Below are positions 53,652 to 64,000 of a DNA stretch of 64,000 nucleotides, in pieces. Under the pieces are notes generated by a model. It saw only the letters and a program-made list of their open reading frames with translations. It did no database searches and was not told the origin of the DNA. Position numbers and translations under genes: made by a program. This DNA is from an uncultured Methanoregulaceae archaeon (GTDB lineage: Archaea; Halobacteriota; Methanomicrobia; Methanomicrobiales; Methanospirillaceae): the NCBI GenBank assembly GCA_963829335.1, contig CAWHIE010000001.1, positions 174,474-238,473 of the forward strand, given 5' to 3'. Numbering within the stretch: the stretch's first letter is position 1; each line of letters opens with the position of its first letter.

Positions 53652-53876
53652 ATGAAGAACAGGATTAAAGTGTACCGGGCCCTGCGTAACCTGACCCAGG
53701 AGGTTCTTGCCGACCAGCTTGGGGTAACCCGGCAGACGATCCTCGCCATAGAAAAAGAGAAGTATGATCCCTCGCTTGAACTCGCGTTCCGGATCTCACG
53801 GTTGTTCAAGGTCCCGATTGAGAAAATGTTCTTGTATGATACAGGAGGAGAGGACCAGCCATTCTTCGAAGACTGA
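53652..53876 (+). CDS. XRE-family HTH transcriptional regulator
   Basis: MKNRIKVYRA..LTQEVLADQLGVTRQTILAIEKEKYDPSLELAF. Confidence 0.95.
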   Translation: MKNRIKVYRALRNLTQEVLADQLGVTRQTILAIEKEKYDPSLELAFRISRLFKVPIEKMFLYDTGGEDQPFFED

Positions 53877-54268
53877 GGTCATGGATACGTTCCACACCAT
53901 ATCTTTCCGGCGATTATTCTGCCGGAAAATCGGCTTCAGAAAGAATACCCCCGCAACAAGCGGGTATCTCAGCCATGAACATTCTCCAACCATGGTACCC
54001 CCGTAATCGGTCTTTCAGATGTATTTTCTCTGTCACCTGCAGACGATGGAGTTGAATCGGTAACCACTCATGAAGTCTGAAGGGATCATCTTTTCCCCGG
54101 ACCCTTATCACCCGCGAGCCGGCAGCGGATTGATTTTAACAAAGCTTATTAAATCCGGAGAAGAACGGCTAATTACCGGGGCCCTGTAAGACACATCAGA
54201 CGATTTATCCGATAATTGTCCTGACCTGATTCCTGCATCACCCCTGCAGCTGCACGGGGATCACTCGA

Positions 54269-56699
54269 ATGGACAGGTCGGAAAATAGTTCTTCTGGTTA
54301 CAACCATACCTGTGCATCTCCCGGATCTGCCCCGTTCTGTCATTCGTGGAATAGATCCTGCAGATTCCTGACTCTAACCTCACTCTTCCTAGCGGGGGTC
54401 ACAATTTTCCTGGTTCTGATGCCACCCGCCTCTGCCCTTGACTGGACAATCGAAACGGTCGACAGCAATGGCGATGTGGGATACTATACATCCCTCGCCC
54501 TTGACAACTCTGGTAATCCTCAGATCAGTTATTGGGACTGGACAAACCTTCACCTGAAATATGCAGGGAAGAACGGCGGGGTATGGATCAATGAAACGGT
54601 AGATGAGACAAGAAATACGGGTGAGTTCAGTTCCCTTACACTTGATGCAACCGGGCTGCCCTTCATCAGCTACTATGACGCAAATCTGGGAAATCTTTCT
54701 TTTGCCACAAAAATCGAGGATGACTGGATCCGCAATACGATAGACAGCGGGAGTGTCGGGCGGTATACCTCGCTTGCACTGGATAATGCCGGGAACCCCG
54801 GGATCGCCTATCAGGACCTGGGGAATACGAACCTGAAATACGCGGAAAAGAACGGCGGTTTCTGGACCAATGAAACCGTAGACAACTCCGGAATTGTGGG
54901 GGCGTATTCATCCCTTGCACGTGATGGTGCCGGGAACCCTTCGATAAGTTATTACGATGCAGAGCACGTGTCCCTGAAGTATGCGGCGAAGAGCGGTGGG
55001 CTCTGGTCCTGCACGACGGTAGATACCACGGGAAATCCCGGGTATTACACCTCCCTGGCTCTCGATACAACGGGTAATCCACGGATCAGCTATTATGACG
55101 GGGTGGGCAGGGACCTGAAATTTGCATCAAGGACGGGAGGCATCTGGAAGAAAGAGATCGTCGATAGTGCCGGGAGTGTCGGGAAGTATACATCGCTCGC
55201 GCTCGATGTTTCAGGAAATCCCCATGTCAGCTACTTTGATGAGACAAATGGTCACCTGAAGTATGCGGTGAAGAACGGGCTTGTCTGGACCAATGAGACC
55301 GTGGACACCGGGCCGAATGTTGGATTGTATACTTCCCTTGCCCTTGATGGCGCAGGAAATCCCCGCATCAGTTACCGGGATGGCGGGAATGGCGACCTCA
55401 GATATGCCGTTGGTATTCCTGCGCTCATCCCCGACTTCACTGCTTCGCCCCAGGACGGCCCCGCCCCGCTGCACGTGCAGTTCACCGATTCATCCACCGG
55501 AGGATCACCCTCCTGCTGGAACTGGTCATTTGGCGACGGCTCGTGGTTCAATACTACCCTATCCGCGGAACGGAACCCGGCTCATGTGTACGAGAATCCC
55601 GGGGTTTACGATGTGACGATGATAGTCCGGAATTTTACGGTGACCATCAACACGAGCAGGAGGGGATATATCACCGTGAATGTGCCCCCCGCTACGACTA
55701 CGCCAACCACCTCACCAACGCCTCTCCCGACATCTCCGGATCCCACACCAACAATAACTTCAACCCCGGAGCCTACACCTACGTTTACCCCCACGCCATC
55801 AATGTCTCCTACACCTGAACCAACGTCTTCACTTACTCCTGCTCCTTCATCATCACCAACCCCGGATCCTACCTCTTCGATTACCCCAATACCCCCATCA
55901 TCACCAACCCCGGAATCCACAATTTCACCGTTACCATCACCATCCCCCGTCGCAATTCCGGATAGCGGCAGCGAAGATCCGCCCGATATGCCCCCGGTTC
56001 ACCGGGATCCAGGACCACTCGTATGTCAGACCGTAACAATTGGAGGAGATACGGCGGTCAATCGCGTAACCGTAACGGGACGTGATTTATCCGATATTAT
56101 AGTCACTGCCAGCAGGGTCACGATCCTTCCTGTCAATGTGACTCCGCCGGATATGCCGGTATACCAGTATGTTAACCTCATGCCGGTTCATTACACGTTC
56201 ATCTCTGCAGTGCTCATCGAGTTTGATGTACCGCTTTCGTTCTTCAACGATACTCATTCCACACCGGATCAGGTCAGGCTGTGTATGCTCCGGAATCAGA
56301 CATGGGTCTGTCTGCCGACCCAGTTCAGGGGAAAACGAAACGGCCAGGTACACTATAGTGCTGAAAGCCCGGAATTTTCCGTTTTTGCTGTTGCGCTACG
56401 TAATGAAACGCCTGTTATATCAGCGGGAGACGTGTTCACGATGCGGCCGGCTGTTCCTGAATATACGTCGGCGACCCCTGACATTCCGGTCATATCTCAA
56501 CCCCCGCTGCCAGTCTGCGACAACCGAGCAGGATGAAGGTAATCCCATTGTGCCGGTGGCCGTCGGTACCACCGGATTGTGCGTGGTGGCAATCGCGGCA
56601 ATCGTTATGTTCCGTACCGGGAATCGGGAGATAACACGTTTCCTGAGATCATACACCCAGCGACTTATGCCCGGGGCGACGTTCCCGCACCGTCTCTGA
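54269..56699 (+). CDS. Cell-surface protein: beta-propeller repeats, PKD, P/T/S linker, PGF-pre-PGF domain, TM anchor (frameshift near 56520)
   Basis: About 7 [19 protein letters not shown] repeats; WNWSFGDG; [11 protein letters not shown]; TM anchor in the frame of ORF 56169..56699. Confidence 0.85.
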
Positions 56700-57431
56700 A
56701 CAATACAATCAAAACCAGACCTGACAAATTCTTCACACCGGGCATCTGCCTGGTCCTTGGTGCAAAAGGTATAGAAATGGATCATTCCCCCGGGTTTTAC
56801 CAAAGGAGCGATGAGATCGAAGATTGCATCCATCCCATAGGGTGTCGGAATGATGGCACGGTCGAACGCTCCTGCCGGAAGATGTGAGGTATCAAACGCG
56901 TCCCCGATGATCAGGATAACCTGATCCTCAACTCCGTTCAGCACCACGTTCTCCCTGAGCCAGCGGCATGCCTCGGGATTCTGTTCAACGGCAACAACCG
57001 TCGCCCCGTGCACTGCCGCGGGAATTACAAACGGGCCGACACCGCAAAAGGGCACAAGCACCAGTTCACCGGAAAAAACCTGGCAGGAGACGCGCTGACG
57101 CTCGCTGGCCAGCCTGGGGATTGTAAAATACCGTTCTGACATCGAGGCGATAAGAAAAATCATACTCTTTATGTACGGTAACCGTATCGCTTCCGGCAAG
57201 GATCTCATACACTGCAGTACGGTTGCTTCCTTCAAGGCGGGAGATTTTATTCAGGACAGTCCTGATTGTCCGTCGCCTGGAGATAACCGCATCCGCAATG
57301 ACATGGCGATACGGAGTGAGCTCCTCAGGAAGCGAGAGCACTGCGATCTCCCCGATTATATCAAACCGGTCAGAAAGGGAAGAGACCGCCCGTCCCGGAA
57401 GGGTATCCCTCAGCTGCTCTTTCAGGCCCAT
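56420..57431 (-). CDS. Trm5/Met-10+-like class I SAM methyltransferase (frameshift near 57130; 3' end uncertain)
   Basis: [46 protein letters not shown]. Confidence 0.8.
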
Positions 57432-57536
57432 GATACCAGATTATGCAACTGCCGTTCCGATAAACATAGTCGCATCTTTTTTCCTGATATTCCCCAAACC
57501 ATATATTCAATATCCAACACTTCCTGTCTCTTCTTT

Positions 57537-58394
57537 ATGGAACAGGTCCGCGCAGTCGAACGTATTCTCCGGGCATACCCGACCATTGAAGGTGCCGGCG
57601 TCCGCCTGCACCGGGCATTTGGCAGCTATGAAGTTCCGCAATTCGATCCTTTCCTGATGCTTGACGATTTCAGGGCTCCGCGGCCGGAAGATTACCTCGC
57701 CGGTTTTCCAACCCACCCCCACCGGGGCATTGAGACGGTCACCTACATGCTCAACGGGCTGGTGGAGCATGCCGACAGCATGGGAAATGCCGGGAAAGTG
57801 AACGCCGGTAACGTGCAATGGATGACGGCAGGATCCGGCATCGTCCATTCGGAGATGCCAAAGCCGGTAAACGGGCAGATGGGAGGATTCCAGCTCTGGG
57901 TGAATCTCCCCAGGTCAAACAAGATGATGGACCCGCGGTACCAGGAAGTAACGCGGGACCAGATCCAGACGGTTCTCCCCAAGGAGGGCGTTACAATCCG
58001 GGTGATCGCCGGTTCGGCAGGTGACGTTACCGGCCCGGTGCGGGATATCGTTGCGGATCCTGATTATCTCGATGTAACCTTAGGCCCCAAAGCAACATTC
58101 TCCCAGCCGGTGAAGGAAGGATACACGGCTCTGGCCTACGTCATTGCGGGAGAAGGGACTTTTGATCCCAGGGAAGAGCACCGGGTAAATAACCGTGATC
58201 TGGTATTGTTTGGTGACGGGTCATCGGTGACTGCGGTTTCTTCCGCAAAGGGTTTCAGGTTTCTCTTTTTTTCGGGAAAGCCCATTCACGAACCGGTTGC
58301 CTGGAGGGGTCCCATCGTAATGAATACCGCAGAGGAATTGCGGGAAGCGTTCCGCGAATACGCAGACGGGACATTTATCAAAAAGAAGGCGTAA
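57537..58394 (+). CDS. Pirin family protein
   Basis: EGAGV, DPFLMLD, HPHRGIETVTY, WMTAGSGIVHSE, GPIVMNT. Confidence 0.95.
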   Translation: MEQVRAVERILRAYPTIEGAGVRLHRAFGSYEVPQFDPFLMLDDFRAPRPEDYLAGFPTHPHRGIETVTYMLNGLVEHADSMGNAGKVNAGNVQWMTAGSGIVHSEMPKPVNGQMGGFQLWVNLPRSNKMMDPRYQEVTRDQIQTVLPKEGVTIRVIAGSAGDVTGPVRDIVADPDYLDVTLGPKATFSQPVKEGYTALAYVIAGEGTFDPREEHRVNNRDLVLFGDGSSVTAVSSAKGFRFLFFSGKPIHEPVAWRGPIVMNTAEELREAFREYADGTFIKKKA

Positions 58395-58399
58395 CGATC

Positions 58400-59031
58400 A
58401 TAGTGACAGTCGGTCACGTGGTGATGCAACGACCAATCTCCCGTTTTTCACTTCACCGGATAATATCAGATTTCTCCGGCGGGATACGCCGTTTCGCCAG
58501 ATATTTGAGGTACCGGAATACCGGTTCGATGACATTGGTCCTGACGACCGGGTGATTGACATCGGTGCAAACGTGGGGGCCTTCTGTATCCGGGCTTCCC
58601 GGTATTCCCGGCATGTGATCGCAGTAGAGCCGGTGACTGCAGACCTGCTGCGGGAGAATATCCGGCTGAATAATGCTCCCGTCCGGGTTATTGAGGGAGC
58701 GCTTGGCGACGGAAGATCAAAAAAGGTCTGCTGGGACGATCGTGAAGTCGCCTCATTGACATACCCGCTCCGGAAGATCATCGAGATGAGCGGGGGCTGC
58801 GATTTCCTGAAATGCGATTGCGAGGGTGCAGAATGGCAGATAGAACCAAAGGATCTTGGTGGTATCCACCGGATAGAGATGGAGCTCCACATTCCGCCAA
58901 TCGGCGGTCTCCCCAGCCGTTCTCTCCTCGACTCCCTAGACCGGAACTATTATTTATCCATTGAACGGAAACCGGTTCATTCTGCCCTCGGCGTGATGGG
59001 CATACTCCACGCGGAACGGAAATTACCCTGA
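58400..59031 (+). CDS. FkbM family methyltransferase (start codon apparently damaged)
   Basis: VIDIGANVG, AVEP, LKCDCEGAE; frame open back to about 58400, where ATAGT may be ATGAGT missing a base. Confidence 0.8.
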
Positions 59032-59136
59032 AATTCAGCCTAGTTTCCCGTATCGCAGAGCGTTGATATACAAAGGAACCCCTGATGTGCCAAGCTTCAA
59101 GAACCGGGTCTTTCAAATCAATCTGCGTGAAGTATC

Positions 59137-59802
59137 ATGTGCACTGAGAATGCGGAACAGCGGAATATCTGTCTGGACGAGATTCTCGCCGGGCGCCGGT
59201 CATACCGGATGTTTAAACCTGAATTTCCCCCCAAAGACACAATCATGCGCATCATCCAGGCCGGGCTTCTTGCCCCGTATGCTGCGGCTGCCGTGGGAAA
59301 TTCCGCCGATTATTTTCGCCGGTTCTTTGTGATGGAGAAAGGGTCTTCGAGCATGATCGCTGCGGGACCTCTTGTGATGAAGCAGGTTACCGTCATGACA
59401 CAGGAGCTGGAAAAGGAGATGGAAAAGAATCCAGCTCTCCGTACCATGGCAGTTTCCTTTGTCCAGCGTCTCGCTCAGATCAGGAAGATGGGCAGTGTAC
59501 CCGGCATCGGGACGGCTCCCTATTATATTGTTGTCGCTGAACGCAAAGGGTTCCCCCCGGTGGAGCAGCAGTCGCTTGCCCATTGCCTGGAAAATATGTG
59601 GCTGAAGGCAACGGCACTCGGCCTCGGGTTCCAGATGGTATCGGTCACCGCCCAGATGTCATCCGATCCCTCATTCTGCCGGATCCTCGGGATTACCCCC
59701 GGGCAATGGGAACTGATGGGGTGTGCAATCGGCTATCCGAAGGAAGAGCTCGGACCCTCAATCCGCCCGCCGGTTGAAGATGTTACCCGCTGGCTGGAAT
59801 AA
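59137..59802 (+). CDS. Nitroreductase family protein
   Basis: RRSYRMF..AGLLAP..ENMWLKATALGLG..AIGYP. Confidence 0.9.
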   Translation: MCTENAEQRNICLDEILAGRRSYRMFKPEFPPKDTIMRIIQAGLLAPYAAAAVGNSADYFRRFFVMEKGSSSMIAAGPLVMKQVTVMTQELEKEMEKNPALRTMAVSFVQRLAQIRKMGSVPGIGTAPYYIVVAERKGFPPVEQQSLAHCLENMWLKATALGLGFQMVSVTAQMSSDPSFCRILGITPGQWELMGCAIGYPKEELGPSIRPPVEDVTRWLE

Positions 59803-59874
59803 TTTTTTTTGGGAATAGTCCCATTCTCACGACTAATTTTATGAAAAAGATATACATTTTCCTCAAAAATCGCT

Positions 59875-60050
59875 CTTGAGGGCTCCAGCACATCATGCCT
59901 CCGCCCCCGCCGCTAGGGCATCCCCCAAAATACGATAGTCCCTCAGAAGGTTGATGAAATACCTCGAAAGTGGGGGTCAAGGGGCTGCTCCCTTTGGGTT
60001 GCCTCCCCCTTTGGGGGAGAGAGGGGGTCACCCTCATAGCTGCCGCAGAG
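59875..60050. repeat. GC-rich, multi-hairpin intergenic element (MITE/REP-like)
   Basis: Hairpins AAGGGG-ctgc-TCCCTT, CTCCCCC-ttt-GGGGGAG and GAGGG-ggtca-CCCTC between convergent genes with AT-rich flanks; single copy in this window. Confidence 0.4.
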
Positions 60051-60239
60051 ATTAACCTGGTGACAGGAGAAAAGAATTTCTGCAAAACATAAAAATTGAA
60101 CTTTTTTATCAGTCAGTTCCGGGAACATTTTTTTGCAATTTTTCTCTCGTTATTACTGATCAATTTTGGTGGCTGGAATAGGACTATATCATAATTTTTT
60201 TTGTCTGCAGGGAAAGAAAAAAATGGATTTAATGGATTA

Positions 60240-60452
60240 TTACCGTCTTTTCAACCGTTCAATCTGGTCCAACAACCGTTTCTTTGCTTCCTTTGTTCCT
60301 TCCGGATCCCTTTCTATCCTGATCGTCAGGATATCTCCTTCCCGGCTGCCCGTGGGGAGGAGGGAGACCGGAATGGTGAACCGCATCGCTTCGTCATCCT
60401 GAGGGATGAGAACAGCGATGGTTCCTTCAATCCGGTCGATGGTCACTTTCAT
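60240..60452 (-). CDS. DUF3006 family protein
   Basis: VTIDRIEGTIAVL..LP..REGDIL; usual partner of ComEC-like genes. Confidence 0.85.
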   Translation of the reverse strand: MKVTIDRIEGTIAVLIPQDDEAMRFTIPVSLLPTGSREGDILTIRIERDPEGTKEAKKRLLDQIERLKRR

Positions 60453-60462
60453 GCGTACTCCG

Positions 60463-61894
60463 TTATGATCGTTGATCAATACTATTCCCGCTGCCGTCTT
60501 TCAGGATTGCCTCATCGCCCGTATTGCCCCATAATGGTGCGTCCAGACTCATGAACAGCGCCGTGTCATTCATCGTCCCCCGCCCGGAATAGACCGTCAC
60601 CGAAGAGCCCGGCATCAGGATATACGCAGGGAAGACATACGGGTGCGAACCAGTCGTATCCGAGAGTGTCCAGCCGGCGAGGAGGACCAGCCCGTCCCCG
60701 CGGTTCGTCAGGCGCACCCATTCGTCGTTCAGGTTCTGACGGTCATCACCAAGTGCGTCGAAATGGGTTGCACTGATAAATACTCCGGATGCATTGCCGA
60801 TCTGCGGCGCGGGAGGCAACGGGGGAATCGTCCAGTTTTCTGCAAACGGAGGAAGGGTCAGGGACGGCAGGGGGACTGCCCCATCACCGGGAAGGGTCGG
60901 CAGCGTGAAGGCCGGAACCGGAAAGAGCGTCCCTGGTGTCGCCAACTGCATAGGCAGTGGGGTAACTCCAGTAGTGCGGGACATAGTTGTCTGGGTTTTC
61001 ACCGAATAGGACATCCCGTCGGTCCGGACGAGAATGGTCCCATTCACATCAGTGCGGTATATCGTAACCCCGCTCCGTTCCAGAAGATCCATGGTCTCTG
61101 TATGTGGGTGGCCGTAGGGGTTGTCCGCCCCGACGGAAATGATTGCTGTCTCCGGATCGGACCCGGTTAAGAAAGGCCTGAGACGTTGAAGATGAACTCC
61201 CGTGATGCCCGACTTTCAGGATCTCGGCGTCAACCGGATAACCGGTCCTGAGCAGGGCATCTTCTCCCGCATTGTCGAGATCTCCGGTCATAAGAAAATC
61301 AATAGTACCATACGATATGCGGAGCACTATCGAGTCGGTATTCAAATTCTCCCCGGACCGCTCGTCCGGCGGTGAAAGCACGACCACCCTCAGCGCCGGG
61401 TCAACGTTAATAGTCTGTCCCTGCTCGGCAACCTGGTAGGGAATGTGCTTTTCTTCTATCGTTTCCAAGAAATGCTCATACAATGTTGATGGATGAGGGA
61501 GGCCGGTATCGAGCACTTTCCCCACCGGAAAAGCCCCAGGTACCTTCTGCATACCCCCGATATGGTCCGAGTGCGGGTGCGTGGCGACCAGCAGATCGAT
61601 CCGCGTGATGTTACATGCACGTAAATCGCTCACCACCTGGTCGCCCATGTCCACCTCACCCGCGTCGATCAGGATTGTTTTTCCCTCGTAGATAAAGAGG
61701 GTCGAGTCTCCCTGCCCGACGTCAAGGAAATAGGCGGATAATTTCCCCTCGTTCTCCGCAAGGTGGGTCTGCCCGCCAGAACCGGGGAAGGTAAGTGCGC
61801 CAAGACAACCGGTAGCGATGACACATCCGGCCAGGACCAGAAAAATGGCTACCGAGAGCCAGATCCCTGCCTTTTTTTGTCCCGGTCTCGCCAT
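60463..61894 (-). CDS. ComEC/Rec2-like MBL hydrolase plus lamin-tail domain lipoprotein (frameshift near 61160)
   Basis: DVGQGD, THPHSDHIGG, LKVGHHGS, YRTD.NG; NDEWV.LTN..WGNTGD. Confidence 0.88.
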
Positions 61895-61895
61895 G

Positions 61896-63216
61896 TCAGC
61901 TGTTCCGGACACGGCGGACAAGTTCGTATGCCGCACATGCAGCCTCTTCCCGTATCGCTGCTTCACCGGGGATCTCGCCTTCCAGCATCAGGACCTTCCC
62001 GTCACAGATGGTCGTATCAACAGCCCCGCCATTACAGGAGTATACAAGATTTGAGGTGGGGTTGTGGAGAGGCGTATTGCAAACCCTTCGGGTGCTTACG
62101 AGCACAATATCAGCAACCGCGCCGACCGTGAGTCCTCCCGTGGCAAAACCCAGTGCCTTTGCCCCATGGAGCGTTGCCATGGCAAGGGCTTCCTGCGCCG
62201 GGAGGATAGTGGGATCATTCCAGTAAAACTTCTGCAGGAGGGCCGCAATCTTCACCTCTTCGAACAGGTCGAGACTGTTGTTTGAGGCACAGCCATCGGT
62301 GCCAAGACAGACATTCACCCCGGCAGCTGACAACAGGGGATAGGGCATCGCCCGGTGCGTGGCAAGTTTCATATTGCTTGCCGGGTTGTGCGATACACTC
62401 ACACCCCGTTTTTTCAGCAGGGTGCACTCCGCCTCATCCAGCCAGCAGCAGTGCGCCGCAACCGTACGGGGGGTAAGGATCCCGCATGTATCGAGAAATA
62501 CGGATGGGCGCGTGCCGTACCTGGCGATGCAGTCCTGCACCTCCTTTTCTGTTTCGGCGAGGTGAATATGGGTACCGATCTTCTCTTCCCCGGCACATTC
62601 CGCGCACCATACCAATCCACCCTTTGAGACCGTATATATCGAGTGAGGTCCGACAGCGGCCTTGATCCGGGTATTCTTCATCTTCCGGACATGTGAGACG
62701 AGGTTCTCCGTAGCTTTGCACTCGATCTCGCGTTTGTCTTCATTGAAGAGATCGATGAAACCGTAGGACGAGTACTGCACGGATACCGGATTCGTCAACC
62801 GCACGGGCTGCATCATCCATAAAGAAATACATATCGTTGAATGCGGTTGTACCGCTCCTGATCATCTCAAGACAGGCAAGCCGTGTGCCAAGGTAGACGT
62901 CATCACCGGTCAGATGCGCTTCGAGCGGCCAGATCTTCTGCGAAAGCCAGTCCTGCAGGATCATGTCATCTGCATACCCCCGCAGCAGGGTCATTGCTGC
63001 ATGGGTATGAGTATTCACGAGGCCGGGGAGGGCGATCGCACGGTCACCGTCGATGATAAACTCCGCCTCACCTTTGTGTTCTTTCCGCTCACTCTCACCG
63101 AGACCGGCAATGGTACCGGTTTCGTCGATAAAAATGTCGACTGCCTTTCCATCCGCCACAACGTCAGTGATGAGAAGCGAATGTTTTCCTTCAAATATAT
63201 CTGTCGTCGTCTCCAT
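61896..63216 (-). CDS. mtaD: MTA/SAH (5'-deoxyadenosine) deaminase, amidohydrolase family (frameshift near 62780)
   Basis: NTHTHAAM..RG.ADD, DMYF, HIHLAET, HNPASNMKLA, LGTDG.ASNN. Confidence 0.88.
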
Positions 63217-63222
63217 GCGGTA

Positions 63223-63894
63223 TCAGCCCATATTCCCGATGATCTTTTTCATGATCTCTCCGGTCCGGGTGCAGTGCTCTTTTGAGGTGGCAAGGATGTG
63301 CTCATAGGTCAGCACCTCGCTGCCAAGCCCGTTTGCGTAGTTATCGACCGTGCAAAGCGCTGCAAACTCCATGCCAAGTTCACAGGCGAGGGTCGCCTCC
63401 GATGCAAGCGTCATCCCGACAACATCTGCAACCCGTGCAAGTGCGTTCACCTCGGCAACCGTCTCAATACGGGGGCCGCTTGTCTGGACATACACGCCCC
63501 CGAACCGGGCGGAAGGGACCAGACGGAAAAGATCTCTTGCCAGACATTCGGAGAGTTCCGGGCGGACATGTTCGATGGCATGATCGTGGATGGACGGGGT
63601 AGGGGTCAGGCTGATATAATCGGTGGGGATCGCCAGAGAGCCGGGTTTAATATCGGGTTTGAGCGATCCGGCTGATCCAAATGCAACGATCCGGTCGACA
63701 CCGGTGATTGCAAGAGCCGCAAGGTTGGCCCGGTGATTGATCCGGTGAGGAGGGAGCCCGTTCTGGTGACGCATCAGCATCGCGACGTCCCCCGAGAGGA
63801 TCTCCGCCGCACCAAACGGCGTGGATACGGTCGCCTTCTCCAGTGAAGGGAGCGCGGAGAATAAAAGACTCGTGCCCCCGATGATGCCCAGCAT
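63223..63894 (-). CDS. MTAP-family purine nucleoside phosphorylase (probably methylthioinosine-type)
   Basis: GIIGGT, RH..PPH.IN, GPRIETVAE, VGMT, VDNYANG; adjacent to the deaminase. Confidence 0.88.
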   Translation of the reverse strand: MLGIIGGTSLLFSALPSLEKATVSTPFGAAEILSGDVAMLMRHQNGLPPHRINHRANLAALAITGVDRIVAFGSAGSLKPDIKPGSLAIPTDYISLTPTPSIHDHAIEHVRPELSECLARDLFRLVPSARFGGVYVQTSGPRIETVAEVNALARVADVVGMTLASEATLACELGMEFAALCTVDNYANGLGSEVLTYEHILATSKEHCTRTGEIMKKIIGNMG

Positions 63895-64000
63895 CAGCAC
63901 CACCTGCCTTTTAGAACTAATCCTGACTGAAATCCGGTTTTACCCATGCGTCGCATATATCCTCTGAATGAAAGTTTGTCCATTGGTGCACTAATAGGTA

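Noticed and set aside
54440-55950. DNA repeats within the surface-protein gene
   Set aside because: Explained by protein-level beta-propeller repeats and a Pro/Thr/Ser linker.
57171-57536. N-terminal extension of pirin shown in the ORF track
   Set aside because: It overlaps the divergent methyltransferase gene; pirin homology begins at the ATG at 57537.

Overview
Archaeal chromosomal window, most likely a Methanomicrobiales methanogen (Methanoregula/Methanolinea-like). This is inferred from PGF-pre-PGF, PEF-CTERM and DUF3821-type surface proteins, methanogen-type PAS kinases, PolB2 and archaeal TATA/RBS motifs. Housekeeping ends (metG at left; MTA/SAH deaminase, purine nucleoside phosphorylase and ComEC-like genes at right) frame a long accessory region. 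The 17.8-25.0 kb stretch holds (i) a translationally coupled four-gene cassette of unknown function and (ii) an AT-rich insert encoding a membrane-anchored caspase/CHAT-like protease and a ParA-type ATPase with transmembrane helices, bordered by a 22-bp tRNA-Leu-like 3' end. It also holds (iii) a RelE-type toxin-antitoxin unit enclosed by an 80-bp direct repeat and preceded by two tandem ~105-nt units with covarying stem-loop structure (best candidate for something undescribed). Further right lie a TetR-controlled S-layer-domain/EmrA-like/MFS efflux operon, an AEP primase-SF3 helicase replication module with an iteron-like inverted repeat but no integrase in view, and a SRAP + PolB2 DNA-damage module. 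About 20 genes carry small frameshifts, probably assembly indels, so pseudogene status is uncertain. No rRNA, intact tRNA or CRISPR array was seen. All family calls come from motif recognition, not database searches.
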